Shown here in pieces: positions 30,032-47,284 of a DNA stretch of 64,000 bases. Position numbers and translations under genes: made by a program. The notes under the pieces are model-generated. The model saw only the letters and a program-made list of their open reading frames with translations, was not told the origin of the DNA and searched no databases. The stretch is taken from assembly GCF_009914755.1 (NCBI RefSeq), contig NC_060927.1. One strand, 5' to 3'. Origin of the DNA: the human T2T-CHM13v2.0 reference genome, Homo sapiens. Numbering within the stretch: position 1 is the stretch's first letter; the number at the start of each line of letters is the position of its first letter.

Positions 30032-31175
30032 AAAAAAGTGACCAAATGACATGAAGAGACATTTATCAAAACAACATATACAAATGGCCAACAAAAAATA
30101 TGAAAATACATTTAACATCACTAATCATCAGATAAATGCAAATGAAAACCACATTGAGATATCTCCATACCCCAGCCGGAGTGGCCATTATTAAAAAGTC
30201 AAAAAACAGTACATATTGGCATGGATGTGGTGAAAAGTGAATATTTATACACTACTGGTGGGAATGTAAACTAGTATAACTTCTATGGAAAACAGTATGG
30301 AGAATTCTTAAAGAACTAAAAATAGATTTACCATTGAATCCAACAGTCCCACTAGTGGGTATCTACCCAAGAGAAGCCATTATATCAAGGAGACACCTGC
30401 ATGCATATGTTTATTATGGCACAATTCACAATTGCAATTATCAACCAATGAATGAAGAAGATTTGGTATATATGCACCATGGAATACTTCTCAGACATTT
30501 AAAAAAGAATTTAATAATGTCTTTTGCAGAAACTTGGATGGAGCTGTAGATCATAATTCTAAGTGAAGTAACCCAGGGGTGGAAAAGCAAATACTGTATG
30601 TTCTTACTTATAAGTGGGAACTAAGCTATGGGTACATAAAGGCAGACAGAAGGTATAATGGACTTTAGGGGCTCACAAGGGAGAAGGTGAGTTGGCAGTG
30701 AGGGATTAAAAAAACTACACATTGGTTACAATGTACACTACACAGGGGAAGGATGCACTAAAATCTCAGACTTCACCACTATACAGTTCATCCATGTAAC
30801 CATAAACCACTAGTACCCCAAAAGCTGTTGAAATTTAAAAAGTAATTTTTGGTAAGAAGGCTTATATCCTTTAAAAATCCAAATTAATGATCAGTTGCAT
30901 TATTTTGTACATCCATATATTAAAAATACTTGATTGCATATCAACTGTGAAATATACAGTTTTTAGTAGTAGGTGCTTGGCAAATATTGTTTAAATAATC
31001 AAATGAATTTGAATCACACTTCACTCAATGTAGAAGATAAAATAACAATGATAATACCTGTTATTTATTGGGCATTTTATATGTCAGGTAATTGGCTCGG
31101 AATAGACATCATCGAAGTTTCTCCTGACAATAATGATAGATATGTTCACTATTTTACATATGTGAGTGCATGTCA

Positions 31176-31493
<318 letters not shown>

Positions 31494-31983
31494 CTAATAG
31501 GTAGCACAGTGGAAATTCAAAACTAGGTTTGTCTGGCTCTAAAACCTCCAATCACTCTCCCATTTTTCTTCTACTCTAGAGCATCAAGACAAAAATCTCA
31601 GTCTTCGAGGAACTCACAGTGTAGCAGAAAAGACAAAGGAGGTAAACAGGAGGAGGTAAGTGCCAAAGCAGAGATGTATGTACAAAATTTGGTGGTTGGG
31701 TTCCCAGGGCAAGCTAGCCAAGAGAACCAGATTTCCTTTGGTGTGACCTAGCCTTGAAAGTCACATAGTGTCACTTGACTTCAGTCACAAGCTGGCCCAT
31801 ATTTAAGGGGAAGAAACACAGACCCACCCCTGAATGTGAACATGGCAAAGCCACATTGTAAGAAGAACACGTGGATGGAAGATTGTTGCAGCCATCTTTA
31901 GAACCACAAGCACCATGCATATGTCCATGTGAAATAATGAAGTTGCATCTAGGTAGTTGCAGGGATTGACCAATTCTAACTCT

Positions 31984-33232
31984 CAAGAGTTTAACACTTG
32001 AACCATTTAGCCTGACAGTTCCTTGCATCTGATGTCCCTCCTTCTCACACCACCTCTCCAGTTCTCCCTCATCTGCAAGGCCTGGCTTAGGCCTGTCCCC
32101 TCCATGAGGACTTTCTCATAATCAATAGCCCTGGCTGTTAGCTCCCCCGTTTCTTAGCAATTATTGTGTGGGGTGTTTTTACCTTGTGAAAAAGCTTCAG
32201 GCTATGTCTGTCTGGCTTACAGGAGAAAAAATAAGCTTTATTCCATATTTTCTTGTGCTACCCAGTGTAGCTTTTGGATAAAAAACTAGTGTGTCCTCCC
32301 TTCAAAGGCCAGGCTTGAAGAATTGTATATGCCCAAAAGGATATGGGGACTTGACTATGATCCAGCGTCAACAGCACAGTCTGGGACCGAAGGGGAGATT
32401 TACCATCAAACAGAGTGAGCCGCTGACATTTGCTCCCTTTCCACTGTGCCTGTGACCCCCAGTGGCAAGGACTGGGCAGCTGATGTGGGTCCAGTAGGAG
32501 GAATGGACAGGCTGCAAGGGGGAGAAAGGGCACTGCTAGCTTTCAGGGGTCATGCGGTGACAGTGGTCCCTCCATTTGTGGTATTAGACTCCAACCAGGC
32601 CTTTCAGGATCGTCATGGCAACTTACCCATCTGTGCCGCTGAGCTGAGACGAGACAGGATTCCCTTAGTAACCAAGGAGCCCGGGAGATGATGCTTAAAA
32701 TAATTCTTTATGCCCAGGCAGAAATAAATGCCTTTGCAGTTTTAGTAACCATGAAGCATCGTGGGGCACGGCTTTCACTGTCCCTTTATTTCAAAATGGA
32801 ACAAAATGGCTTTTTAGAGTGGAAATTTCCAACCTAGGTCCAAATGTATCCTTGCTTCACAAAGCACACATCCCCCTGAAGCAAATGAGCAACACACCTG
32901 AGCTTCTGAGATGAGCTTCTGGTCACAATTATATAAATTACCTTGAAATAGACCAGGTGCTTTCTGGGTGAAATCACTGTGCTTCATCTAATCTCTTTTT
33001 TATTTCCTATTAAAGTCTCAGCCAGTCTCTCAGTAGGGCAAACAGTTATGCTTGGCAAGAGTTTAACACTTGAACCATTTAGCCTTGCATCTGATGTCCC
33101 TCCTTGCTCACACCACCTCTCCAATTCTCCTTCATCTGCAAGGCCTGCCTTAGGCCTGCCCCCTCCATGAAGACTTTCTCATAATCAATAGCCCTGGCTG
33201 TTAGCTCCCCTCTTTTCTTAGCAATTATTGTG
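31984..33232 (+). repeat. ~180-bp direct repeat pair (31984-32168 and 33056-33232)
   Basis: Near-identical caagagtttaacacttgaaccatttagcc...cttagcaattattgtg; the second copy lacks 10 nt. Confidence 0.92.
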
Positions 33233-36200
33233 GTGTGTGTGTGTGTATGTGTGTATAATATATATATTTATATTCTTGCATGGTATAATTCTCTTTTATT
33301 ATAAGTAGTGAGAAGCCTCAAGCTTCTAAATCATGGCTTCTCAATTAAATTGCAAACTCTGTAAAGGCAGAGTCGTAGGATGTGGTTGTTTGGCCTTTGC
33401 AGGAACCCCATATTTATAATAAGAGCTCCAGAAACACTTGGAAGTCTTAGAAGTGATGGTTGCAGATGCGTGTACTTTGTGCATGTACTAACAACTGACC
33501 TGTTCATGTTGAAAGGGTGACTTTCATGGTATGTGAAGTATACTTCAATAACAAAAAACTCAAAAATATGTGGAAATCTGGTATGAAATACTGAGAAAGT
33601 AGCCAGAATTACCATACCAGCAGGAGTAGAGGCAACCCCAGAACTATGACTTGGGTGAAAAGGCCTGAACTTGGGTTACCAAACATCTAGCAAAAGGAAG
33701 AGTTTCTGTCTTGCCCATCAGCATGCTTCTGCCTCCTCCACCAGCAACGTTAGCAGAAGCAGAGGGCTTAATATTGATATACTCATATAATAGCCAAGAG
33801 CTTTTTTTTTTTAAGAAATGTCAGGTCTTGGTTCAAATCCTAAATCCTATTTTTGTCACTATTTCTATGCATCTCGGGGAATCACTTAGTTTCTCTGAGC
33901 TTCCTCATCTTTAAAGTATGATAAAAAAATACTTCCTTCACAAGGTAACAGTACAGATTAAAGGAAATAATGTATATAAAGTGCTCAACACAGTACCTGG
34001 CACATAGTAAGAACTAAAATAATGCTGACTACAATTGTTAATAATAATATTTATATTCACTTTCTGTTAGGTATTATAATCATTATAAAAAATCTCCATA
34101 CATCCTTTTCTTTCTCATTGGTGTTTTTAGCATGAATAATTCATCTTGATGTAATCATGCAAGACTCCTAAGAAGATGTTAGGAGACCCTGTCATCATTC
34201 TTTTGGCCTCTAGTGTCCTTTATCTTCATGTTTGCTGGCTTCCTTTTACTACTATGGAAATACAACATATGCAAAAGTAGTGTTTTCGCTGTTTAAAAAC
34301 ATCGTCAGCAGCATCATCATCATTAACTGCACCAGGAAGCCATGACTCCTTTCTGGACAAGGTGCACTTGCCTGTCATCCTTCCATCTCTTTCTTCCTCC
34401 TTGAAGTTCACAATACCCAGTCCAGGAGCATTGCAGAGAATGCTAGGTGTGTCTGCAGACTTGACTTTAAAAGAAAACAAGTTCCTTCAAGTGAGTTCAT
34501 CATGATGGGAATGATAATTTGTTTGAGAGAATGTGTGTTCTTTGGCAAAGGAACTCCTGTTATACCATGACAGTAATAATAGCAGTAATAAAATCACCAA
34601 TAATAAATTTACTTTTGAATTTATTTATGTAGTGTCTCGTGTTGTGCTAAATGTTTTGCAAATATTATTTCATTTCACTCCCACAACAATCTATGAGGAA
34701 AGTACTGTGGTTGGAGAGGTTAGGTAAATTGTCCAAGACAACATATCTAGAAACATCCCTCGTGAAGCCATTTACCTAGTACAACCTGGTTTAGACCCAA
34801 GGTCTCCTAATTCACATTCTTATTATTTCCACTTCATGTGATCCTCAGCCTTTGAGCTTGCTGTTTTGGGAGACTGAAAGCAGAATTCTTTATAAAATGT
34901 CTCCTTGCTTAAGTTATGGCCAGAAAGGAAGGGGAAAATAATTTAAAAAATGAAACATCAATTAGATTGGAAATGTTCACACGTAAAATGTCATTATGAG
35001 TAGGCAAGTCCTTTGCAAAAAGAAGCCTGTGACTTGGTCAGAGAAGAAAATAAGATATATCAACATTGGTTCTAAGGGAAATAGTCTTCGTCATCTAAAC
35101 TGTACACTTTCTCCCATGAGCACAGGTGAATGTCCCAACAATGGGCACATGGGAGGTCTCAAGCAGAAAAAAGGTGCTGGTTGCAATGGGTACTTTCTTG
35201 GGCTTTAAAGCACAGTGGTCTTCTGAGGAAGAAAATGAAACCAGCATGGGGGACAAGAAGCCATTCTCCCTCAAACCCTCAGTTCTCCCCATCAAACTTC
35301 CAGCAAACTTAGAAAACACCATAATCACTGTGTCCTTCCTGCTTCTAGGAATATGAGATTTTTTTTTTACTCGCCCCATTGTATTATGCATATAAGTGCG
35401 AGTCATCTTATTCCAAATCCTGAAATAAAATATGTAAGGAGCCATTATATAATGCACACCAGGGAAATAGTAAGGAGCGGTCAATAGAAAATAATGGGAA
35501 GGCACACAGTGGGTTTCCCAGAGATGGAGGAGAGGAGGACACTATAATGGTCTGTCCTTTTGCCTTTTCTCTGCAGTGGCAACTCAAATGATTTGATCTA
35601 GGCTACAGCAAATTGAATCGCCTCTGTCTCTTTTCCATCTCATGTAAGAAAATGAAGTAGAGGTTGGTGATTGGGCAATATTTTTGCCTTCTTCAACAAA
35701 TATCCAAGCACCTCTGTGTTCCAAATCCTATGTGCATCTGCTGTCTACATGCTATCTGCTAGCTATGTGCTTAGTCCCATGGGGAAATCAAAGATGAACC
35801 TGTTCTCCAAGGTTCTAGGGCAGAATACTTAGAATAAAATATTAGGTTAGCAATATCATCATATTAATTTACATACTTCTTTTTGCCGTAAGGGTTCAAG
35901 GACCAGAAAGGAGGTCATGGGAATGAGTTCCCTTTGTGGCTGGTGGGGTAGAGGAGGAATGGCCGTGCAGCACTGCCTCTGTCTACCTCTGCCCCACTAT
36001 ATTTCTCTCTGCCAAAAGCCAAGCTATATTAGTCAGAAATCTTTAATTGCAAGAAACAAAACTCCAACTTCAACTGAATTAAATGAAAAGAAAATTCATA
36101 GGTATTTGTGGCTGAAAATTTCAATGGTAGATCTCACTTTAGGCAATGCTGGATCCAGAGCCCAACTGAGGCCATCAGGATGCTATCTTGTTCTTTTTTC

Positions 36201-37451
36201 AATTTTATCTCTTATGTTCTGCTCTCTTCTGTTTTGGCCTCATTTCCATGAGGCGGCAGAATGGCCTCCTGCACACTCAGATTCCTATTCTCACAGTGTA
36301 GTAACACCAAAGGAGTTCTATTCTCCTAAGAACTCCAGCAAAATAATCCAAGCCCAAAAGTCCTAGGTTTGAATTATTTGGCCTGGCTCAGGTCAAACAT
36401 TTATCAATGAGCTAGTCACTTTATTGAGGGCCATGAAATGCTATAGGTTTTTGCATTTTTTCAGCTTGCTTTATTTATTTATGTATTGCCAGGCTTTTGC
36501 CTTCTAGGCTGTACAACTTGCCCATTATGCTATAAATAATGACTTACAGACACCTTTATGATGTGCCATACATTGATATAACACTTTAAAGATATTATCT
36601 TCTTAAGTACTCACAAGAACTCTTAAGAGGTAGATAATATTGTCTTCATTTTACAAATAAGAAACCTGAAGGTCAGAGAGGTTAACTAAATTTACACATT
36701 CTCTGGGGAACCTGTTTCTGCCTGGCACCAAAATTCTTGGTCATAGTCATAATGATTCTGCCTTCTTTTGGAGGATCAGATCAGCTTGTTATCCATTCTT
36801 GCTAGAATAGACAAATGTACTTTCTAGGATGGGCTGAGATCTGCAGGAAAAAAATAAAGACTAAATCCTACAGGTGAGGCAGCTCATGTGGGGCAGCTCA
36901 GGTAAGCTCATTTTGATCCTAAAGATACTAAAAACAAAACATAGACAGAATAGGATGGTAATTTCTGAGCTGTGGCTATAATTTAATGATATTTTTAGTC
37001 ACTTTCAATTCATTTGCTCAATAAATTCTAAATGAATTAGTTTAGATTATGAAATTATTTTCTCAGTCTAATTCAGTTCCTGTGGGTGTAGATATTTTTA
37101 ATATCCCACACTCCATTCCACCTGGGTTTGACATTTGGGGCTCTGATTGCAGGGATTGCAATCCCAGTGGATCCCAGCATTGCCAAGGATTACCTCTGGG
37201 TTGTTAATGAATGCAGGCAAGTCCTTTTTAGCATTTTTACGTTACTTGGAAAAATGATTCAATATGCAAGAGTGAAGAAAAAAATCTTCCTCTTGAAATG
37301 TACCAAAACTGTTCATCACCAGTAAAAGAAATTCTTGTCTTAGAAACTACTCTGGCTATCAGGATGGGAACATTAATGGGGAAGCAGTGTCTGCCCACCT
37401 TAGAGTAAGCCCTGCCAAACTCAGGCGTGCTTTCAAATTTTGTAAAAGTGA

Positions 37452-37500
37452 ATATATATATAACATATATATATAAAATATATATATGTTATATATATAT
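37452..37500. repeat. Imperfect (TA)n microsatellite
   Basis: atatatataacatatatatataaatatatatatgttatatatatat. Confidence 0.85.
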
Positions 37501-38880
37501 GCATGTATGTTCTATATACCTAAAAGAACACTGTATAGTATAAGATACCATTATATTTTTGAATCTATTTTTTCCCTCATAAATTCCTGGGCAACACTAG
37601 AGAAATTATTTCAGAGCTTGAAGCCATATTTACTTTTTAGGAAAAAGCATTTTTTGTTCCATCAACAAGGCTGGAGTTTTAGAATCCTGCTATGTTCTCA
37701 GGAGTCACAAACAGGAATGGAATGGCAGCCTGATGCACCTTTATGAATTTACACTGGGGTTTTAAAATTAGAAAACACTGTACATTTAATAAAATAAGAA
37801 ATGCCTACAAAACTTCAGTGTTTCTGAGTAAGCTTGATTATTACATTATGCATACTAAAGACCCAAAAAGGTCAGGATCCCACACACAGTTATGAATACC
37901 AACATTTCTTTGTGATGCTCTGTATAACTGCAAATGGCAGAACCTTTAAATTAACAATATGAAGAAGGCTTAGATGCATTTTGACACTGAAGAAGAAAGG
38001 ATAATGGAATTGCAGGGATAAATTTGTCTTATTATTGGCAACTATGAAATTTTTAAAATCAAACCTTTGTAAATGTTTAATGAGATTTTTCTTTTCTCCT
38101 GAGTTATTAAATTAACAATGTATTTTATAGCCCATGACTTCTTATAGCAAACACAGGATTCAGTTTTATGTTTATCTCTTTTGCATCATAATTTCCTTTG
38201 TTCACTACAAGTTTTCAGGAAAGCTTTGTTAAACACTACTTTCTGTTCTTGGTTGCACTTTGGAGGATTAAGCAAGGAAAATGTGTCCATGGTGGTATCA
38301 GGGGTGGTGGGTGTGGGGTATGATTTAAAGAAAAATGCAGCCACCTAGAAATCTGTTAATGTGATACAAGGGCAGGAGATAATTAGCAGAGGAACCTGGA
38401 GCCACATACAAAGTGAGAGGTGAGGATGGGTTGGGAGCGGACCCAGGTGAGTGACTGGGTGGCATGCTAATCTAATAAACTGGGGTATTACAACATTTTA
38501 TTGTGTGTTATTTAAGTTGACGTGAAATTCACATAACATAACCTATATAACATAAAATTAGTCATTTTAAAGTGGAAAATTTAGTGACAGTACATTCAAA
38601 ATGTTGTGAGCCACCACCTCTATCTAGCTCCAACAAAATACCCCAACAGGATGATAACATTCCTGTCGGGATATTTTGTTGGAAGGCTGGAGAAACTTGG
38701 GGGACATCTGAATTACATAATTGCATTGCATAAACCTTGGGAAACTGGTCACATTTTCTTGTATTATAAGCTTGTTGTACTTAATAATGTTTGCCTCAAA
38801 ATCTTGGTGCTAAACTGAGAATTTTGGTGTAATAACAGTTAATGCACCAGAATTTGATTTGTGCTTACCAGCTATATTTC

Positions 38881-39164
<284 letters not shown>

Positions 39165-39390
39165 TGAGGGTCTACTGTAAGTGGTTCCCCTCCCACCAGA
39201 AGGATGACTTCTCTTACAGATTTAATTCTGCATGCTCTAATCACATATTGGGCACTAAATAGGGTCTCAGTTTAAAGGTAAGACAGGGCTCTGTTCTCTG
39301 GGAGAAACTGAGGTACTAGGTGGGGAGAAAAGTTCTGACAGAGGTATGCACAGGTAAAAAGGGAATCCACAAGGTAAATATTTAGTTTAA

Positions 39391-39789
<399 letters not shown>

Positions 39790-40189
39790 TTAACTGGGTG
39801 AAGGGGTGGGATGGGGGAAACAACAAACCAATGTGAAGAGTTTGTTAGCAGTGTAGGGTGGGGTGGGGTGGCTAAAAGTGGGCAGAAAAAGTGTGCAAGG
39901 ATCAGGATGAAAGTCAGATGCATGTTATGTTCAAGGTCATATTCAAAAATTAGGATTTCATTCTGAAGTTGGTGGGGAACCACTAAAGTATTTTAGGCAG
40001 GGCAATGAGATGCTTAGATTTATTTCCTAACTACCACTGTGGCAGCAGTATGGAGAGCAGATTGGATGAAGGTAATATGGATTACAGAAACCAGTTAGGA
40101 AAATCTTTTACATTCTAGACAAGAGGGGATAAGGTTAGAATAAGTCAGGAGCAGTGGCTATACAAAGAAGTGTAAAAATGATGACAGTA

Positions 40190-41852
<1,663 letters not shown>

Positions 41853-43089
41853 AAAAATGATGGCAGTAATAATTGCAAATGTCACAATATACCGAGTAGT
41901 GTGGCAAATGCCAGGTGTCATAGATGTTGTGTTTTGCAACCCAGATCTCCCCATTCAGGCTTGAGAATTTATTCTTTCAGTTGCTGAGACCCAGAGGCTC
42001 AACTTTTCTGAAATTTCCTTAGTTGAGAAGAGATGCTTTGACCAAAACCAACCCTTCTTTTGAGGTATCTGCTGGCTTATCTATGATGGGGTATAAAGGC
42101 CAGGCCCCTTTTCCCCAGCTTGGGATCACTTCAAAGGGCTGCCCCTTCAAAGCTTCTTATGGGATCAGAGTGCCTCTTCCTTTTCTTTCCTTCTGCAGTT
42201 CATGATCCTGATAATACTCCCTTAATAGTCTATCTGCATTCTAATCTTGATCTTAGAGTTTGCTTTTCAGGGAATACAACCTCCAGACATTGTTCTAAGG
42301 TGCTTGCATACATTATCTGAAATCGCAGCAATTTGTCAAAGTAGGAATCATTCTCCCTCTTCTACAGATGGGGAAGTTGAGGCTCAGAGATACCATCCCA
42401 CTCTTAAATAGCAGAGATTGGATTTGAATTCATGTTGTTTTGGCTTGAAAACACCAGGTATTTTCACATACCGTGCTCAAGAGGAAGGCACTGAGTCAAG
42501 ACAGGATTAGAGAGTAGAAGTTTTTTAAGGAGGAATTTGATTATCTATTCCATGTGGAGGGCAAGGGAGGGGATGATGATAAACATGGTTGACTGGCTTG
42601 ATTGTTCTTCTCACCTGTGTCCTTACCTCTCTTCCTACACCACTGCTCTACTTTCAATGTTTGAGAACATCTTCGTGAGAAAGTCCACAAATAGTAAATG
42701 TCTTAAGTGTTAAGGCATATATAATATGTCTAATGGGATCCCAAAGTCCTAGAGTCAGAGGGCAGCTCTAGGCTGTGAGCTCCTCCAGGAGCAGGGACCA
42801 AATATTTTTATCTCTGCCTCTCTCACTTTAACTCCCATCCCCCTAGTTCTCACCCCAAGCCTAGTGCAAGGTTGGTGCTTATCAAGTGGGGTAGACTAAA
42901 AAACGGGAGGTATTCAAGCAGATTTAGAATAACCTCTCCTAGGCAAGGTCTAGAATCAGCAGTATTTTTTAACGCCACTCCTTGACTTGGTCTGTATTTT
43001 TCTTCTATTACCATGGGAAGCCTTTTTACGATTCTTGAACAACCCACGTTTACTCTAAGAATCATCTAGTAATATTTTGCATTTCTTTT

Positions 43090-43720
43090 GTGGTAGGCAG
43101 AATGGCCCCCCAAATAAGTCCAAGCCCTAGTCCCTGGAACCCATAAACATGTTCTGTTTATGGGTTTACGACTTGAATGATATAATTATGGTTACAGAGC
43201 TTAGGATCTTGGATTGTCTGGGTGGGCCAATCTAATCATAAACCCTTAAAAGCAGAAAACTTTCTTTGGCTGGAGTCAGTGAAATACAGCAGAAAAAGAA
43301 GTTAGAGTCAATATTTGAGAAGGACACATCAGTGCTGGAGGGGGCCCCATGGAGAGCGTGAGAGGGAATGTGAGAAGCCCTTCAGAGTAAAGATTGTGTC
43401 TGCCCCCACCCCACCATCCCTGACACTGCCCTCCCCTCTACTTTCTTGCCCAGCTGATAGCCAGCAAGAAAACAGGGACTTCAGTTCTGCAACTGCAACC
43501 AACAACCGGAGTGAGCTTGGAAGCAGATTCTTTCCAGAGCATCTAGTAAGGAACACAGCCCTACTGACACCTTGATTTCAGCCTTATGAGACTTTAAGCA
43601 GAGGATGCACCTGAGTCTTCTTGGATTTCTGACCTATAGAAACAGTGAGATTATCAATGTGTGTTGTTTTTACACACTAAGTTTGTAGATGTGTTATGCA
43701 GAAATAGCAAACAAATACAA
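43090..43720 (+). mobile_element. MLT1-type MaLR LTR
   Basis: tgtggtaggcagaatggcccccca...gttatgcagaaatagcaaacaaataca. Confidence 0.75.
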
Positions 43721-43744
43721 CTTTGGCAAGTAGGCTATAAAAAG

Positions 43745-45110
43745 CAGTTCTCAGAGTGAGGTCCCTGAGACTCTTTCAGGGGGTCTCTGAGGTAAAAACT
43801 ATTTTCATAATAACATTAAAATGTTTTTCACCTTTTTCTCTATATTGACACTGGCATCAATGGTGCAAAAGCGATGGTGAGTAAAACTGTTGGGGCTTTA
43901 GCTCACATCAAGAAAGTGGCACCACATGGTACTAGTGTTCCCTGTATTTTTCACCATCATCACACACTTGAAGAAAAAACATACAGTTTTACTTAACACT
44001 GTTCCTGGTGCAGTAGGAAAATTATTATTTTTATTAAATTTTGACCCGTGAGTTCATGTTTTTCAAATGCTGGGAGACAAATTGTAAAGCACCAGAAAGT
44101 GCTTTTGCTGCATTTTAACCTAAAATGGTTGCCTCAAGGAAACGCATACATGCCATTGTGTTTGGAGCTGATCTAGCTGCTTTTTTTCCTCATAGAACAT
44201 CATTTTTACTTGTAAAATGACTGACAGATAAGCCAGAGCTATTCAGACTTGGGAGATATTTTCTTAAAAATGATTGAAGTAAGCCTGTCACTTCAAGAAA
44301 AACAACTGACAGTATTTGTTGGCAATGATAACATTTGAGCTTCCTAACAAAGATTAGAGTTTTGGAAAGCCTGAACCTGCCACCATAATTTGACAAGTTC
44401 TCCATACTTAAAGACTGTCTGGTGAGATCAGCAGTGATATTGTACAGCAATAGAAAATGCAGGGTTTTTTGATATTATAAAATAAACTGTGCAAGCATTT
44501 GGAACATCTAAATAGCTGAGTGGATCAATATTTTCTGAATGCCCAGTACATGATGCTACAAAATAGTGCATGGGTAAAAGAACCATTGAAAATGCTAGGA
44601 CAATTTTATTGATATGATTTCATATTCTACATTGCAACTAACCTTTAAAAAACTACCACTTGTTGAGTTTGGATGTGGTAAAAAGAAGGACAATTACCTG
44701 AAATAGCTAAAAATAGCTCTCCTCTTTCCAACTACATATCCACGTGAGGCCAGGTTTTCAACATTGTACTTTAACCAAAACATCATTTCACAACACATTG
44801 AATACAGAAGCAGATATAAGGATCTGGCAATCTTTTATTAAACAAGGCACTAAAGATTTGAAAAATTATAAAGCAATGCTGCACTTCTCACTGACCATTT
44901 TTTGGTTTTGAAAGTATAGTTTGTTATGAAAGTATTTTATTTATGTTATCATGTAATGGGTCTATTATTGCTATTTAAATAAATTAATAAATATATTCCA
45001 TTTCCAGTTTCAATTCCTAATATAGCAAATGTTAATAAATATAAGCCACAGAAATAAAGCCTCTTTAGGGTCTTCAAGAATTTTAAAGTGTGTATATTAT
45101 CTGTTGAGAC
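43745..45110. mobile_element. Charlie1-like hAT DNA transposon remnant
   Basis: ggtccctgagactctttcaggggtctctgaggtaaaaactattttcataataa; ctttccaactacatatccacgtgaggccaggtttt. Confidence 0.7.
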
Positions 45111-45223
45111 CCAGTGGAGAGCAGGCCATACACAGATATAACTCAGTGGTTCCAAATTTGCACACAGAGCAAACATAAGCCCAGAGGTAGTTTTCATTTG
45201 ACTTGCACAGATTGGTTCTTGCA

Positions 45224-45518
45224 ATTTTTTTTTTTAGACTGAGTCTTGCCCTGCCCTGTCACCCAGGCTGGAGTGCAGTAGCGCGATCTCGGCTCACTGC
45301 AACCTCTGCCTCAGGTTCAAGTGGTTCTCCTGCCTCAGCCCCCTGGGGAGCTGGGATTACAGGCATGCACCACCACACCCGGCTAACTTTTGTATTTTAG
45401 TAGAGATGGGGTTTCACCATGTTGGCCAGGCTGGTCTCGACCTCCTGACCTCAGGTGATCCGCCTGCCTCGGCCTCCCAAAGTGCTGGGATTACAGGTGT
45501 GAACCACCGCACCCAACC
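45224..45518 (-). mobile_element. AluSx-like element
   Basis: Antisense Alu. Confidence 0.9.
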
Positions 45519-46324
45519 AGCTCTTGTCGTCTTTTTAAACAGTTACTGAATTTTAAATGAGCTTTCAATATTTATAGATCAGTAGGTTTTATGTGAAATA
45601 CCATGTTTTTCAGTTTTCTTAAAAAACTGGTTGGGCTGGCTGCATTAGGTCCACATTCTTGCATGGCCCCTGGACCTGGGTAGCAGCTGCCTTCTTCTGG
45701 ACACACGCGTTCCAGTTTCCCTCCATTCTTCTTACTTTACTCTTTATGTCCCTCTGTTAAAACCTGTTTTTTTCTTAGTTATTCCTATGGCTTGCACAGC
45801 TCTTGGAAGCATCTGTATTTGTAATGTCCAACCTAAATGGTCTCCTTGATGGCAAGAAGTTGGGGAGACCTGGCTGTGGCTTGAGAATTTTCTATTGCTT
45901 TCAGGGGGGGATGTTGTACATCACGAGACACCAAGTGCCCAAAACAACAATCTGAGATCATCAGATGAGACGGATCTTTCTGAATTTGGGAGCAAAGGAT
46001 ATTTTAAGGCTAATTTCTCTCAAATTTCCTAATAATCTGCTGCTTGATATGGCAAGTGAATGAGTATAGTGCAAGAAGGATAGCCGAAATGGGGATTATA
46101 CAATGAATTTGGGTTTAGGAGCCAGAGTATCCATATTTAAATCCTGGCTCTGAACTTCCATAGCTGTGCAATCCTGGCAAGCTACCTAATCTCTCTGTGT
46201 CTCAGTTTCCTCATCTGCAAAGTAAGGCTATTAATACTACCGATCTCACGAGGATGTTGGGAGGATTAAATGAGATAGTACATTACAAGCACTTAGAACA
46301 GTGCCTGGCACACAGTAACCTTTT

Positions 46325-46693
46325 GTTATGAACTGAATATTAGTGTCCCTCCAAAATTCATATATGAAGCCCTACCCCTCAATGTGATGGTATGAAGAGG
46401 TGGGGACTTTTGAAGATAATTAGGCTTAGATGAGGTCATGAGGGTGGGATCCTTGTGATGAGATTAGTGCCCTTATAAGAAGAGACCAGAAAGCTAGCTC
46501 TCTCTCTATCATGATAGGACATAGTAAGAAAGTGGCTGTCTGCAAGCCAGAGGTGAGCTCTCACCAGGAGCCAAATTGACTTGTACTTTGATCTTTGACT
46601 TTCCAGACTTCAGAACTGTGAGAAGTAAATTTCTGTTGTTTAAGCTACCCAGTTTATGGTATTTTGTTATAGCAACTTGACCTGACTAAGACA
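46325..46693 (+). mobile_element. MLT1A/MST-type MaLR LTR inserted in a MIR
   Basis: tgttatgaactgaatattagtgtccctccaaaattcatat...gttatagcaacttgacctgactaagaca. Confidence 0.78.
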
Positions 46694-47284
46694 CCCTTCA
46701 ATAATTCATAGATATTATTTTTATTGTTCTTTTGAGATGAACTTGAGTCTGACTGTGAAAAGGAAAGTAAACTGCTTTAAGGTTCTGCCAGGCCAACTGC
46801 ACTCTGTCCTCTCTGCCCCATCTCACAGACTCCAGGAATCCTGACATGAGTGTAGAGATCCTAACAGATCTTTGTGAATGACAGGGTGCATCATTTAATT
46901 GATAGACACAAACACTTAACCTACCTGTGAAATCTACAGTGGATTAAAGATTGATCATAAGGCATATTAACAAGACTATTCATTCATTTACTTATTTTAT
47001 TAGTCATCTCTGTATTTATTAAATGTCTGTTGAGTGTTTACTGTGTTCCAGGTATATAGACATGTAAGTTCATGTCTTGGTTTGGGGTTAGATATAATCA
47101 CCAGATATTTCTGTAATATTGCACCTAAATATTTTAATTTCTTGTTTATTAGAAGCAGTGATCCATGTTTTCATTGGACTGTGAAAGAGCTACTTCTACT
47201 CTAAGGCCACATTGCCTACATGAAATAAATTATTGTTAGGAAATTGCCTTGAAAAGAGAAACAAGACCACAACTCTTAGAAGAA

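Noticed and set aside
31984-33232. Direct repeats as the LTRs of a novel miniature retroelement
   Set aside because: No TG/CA termini, primer-binding site, polypurine tract or target-site duplication.
35917-36366. 149-aa ORF and the many other 60-140 aa ORFs, including Alu-derived ones
   Set aside because: They overlap old LTR, Alu or MIR sequence or AT-rich intergenic DNA, with no splice or domain support.
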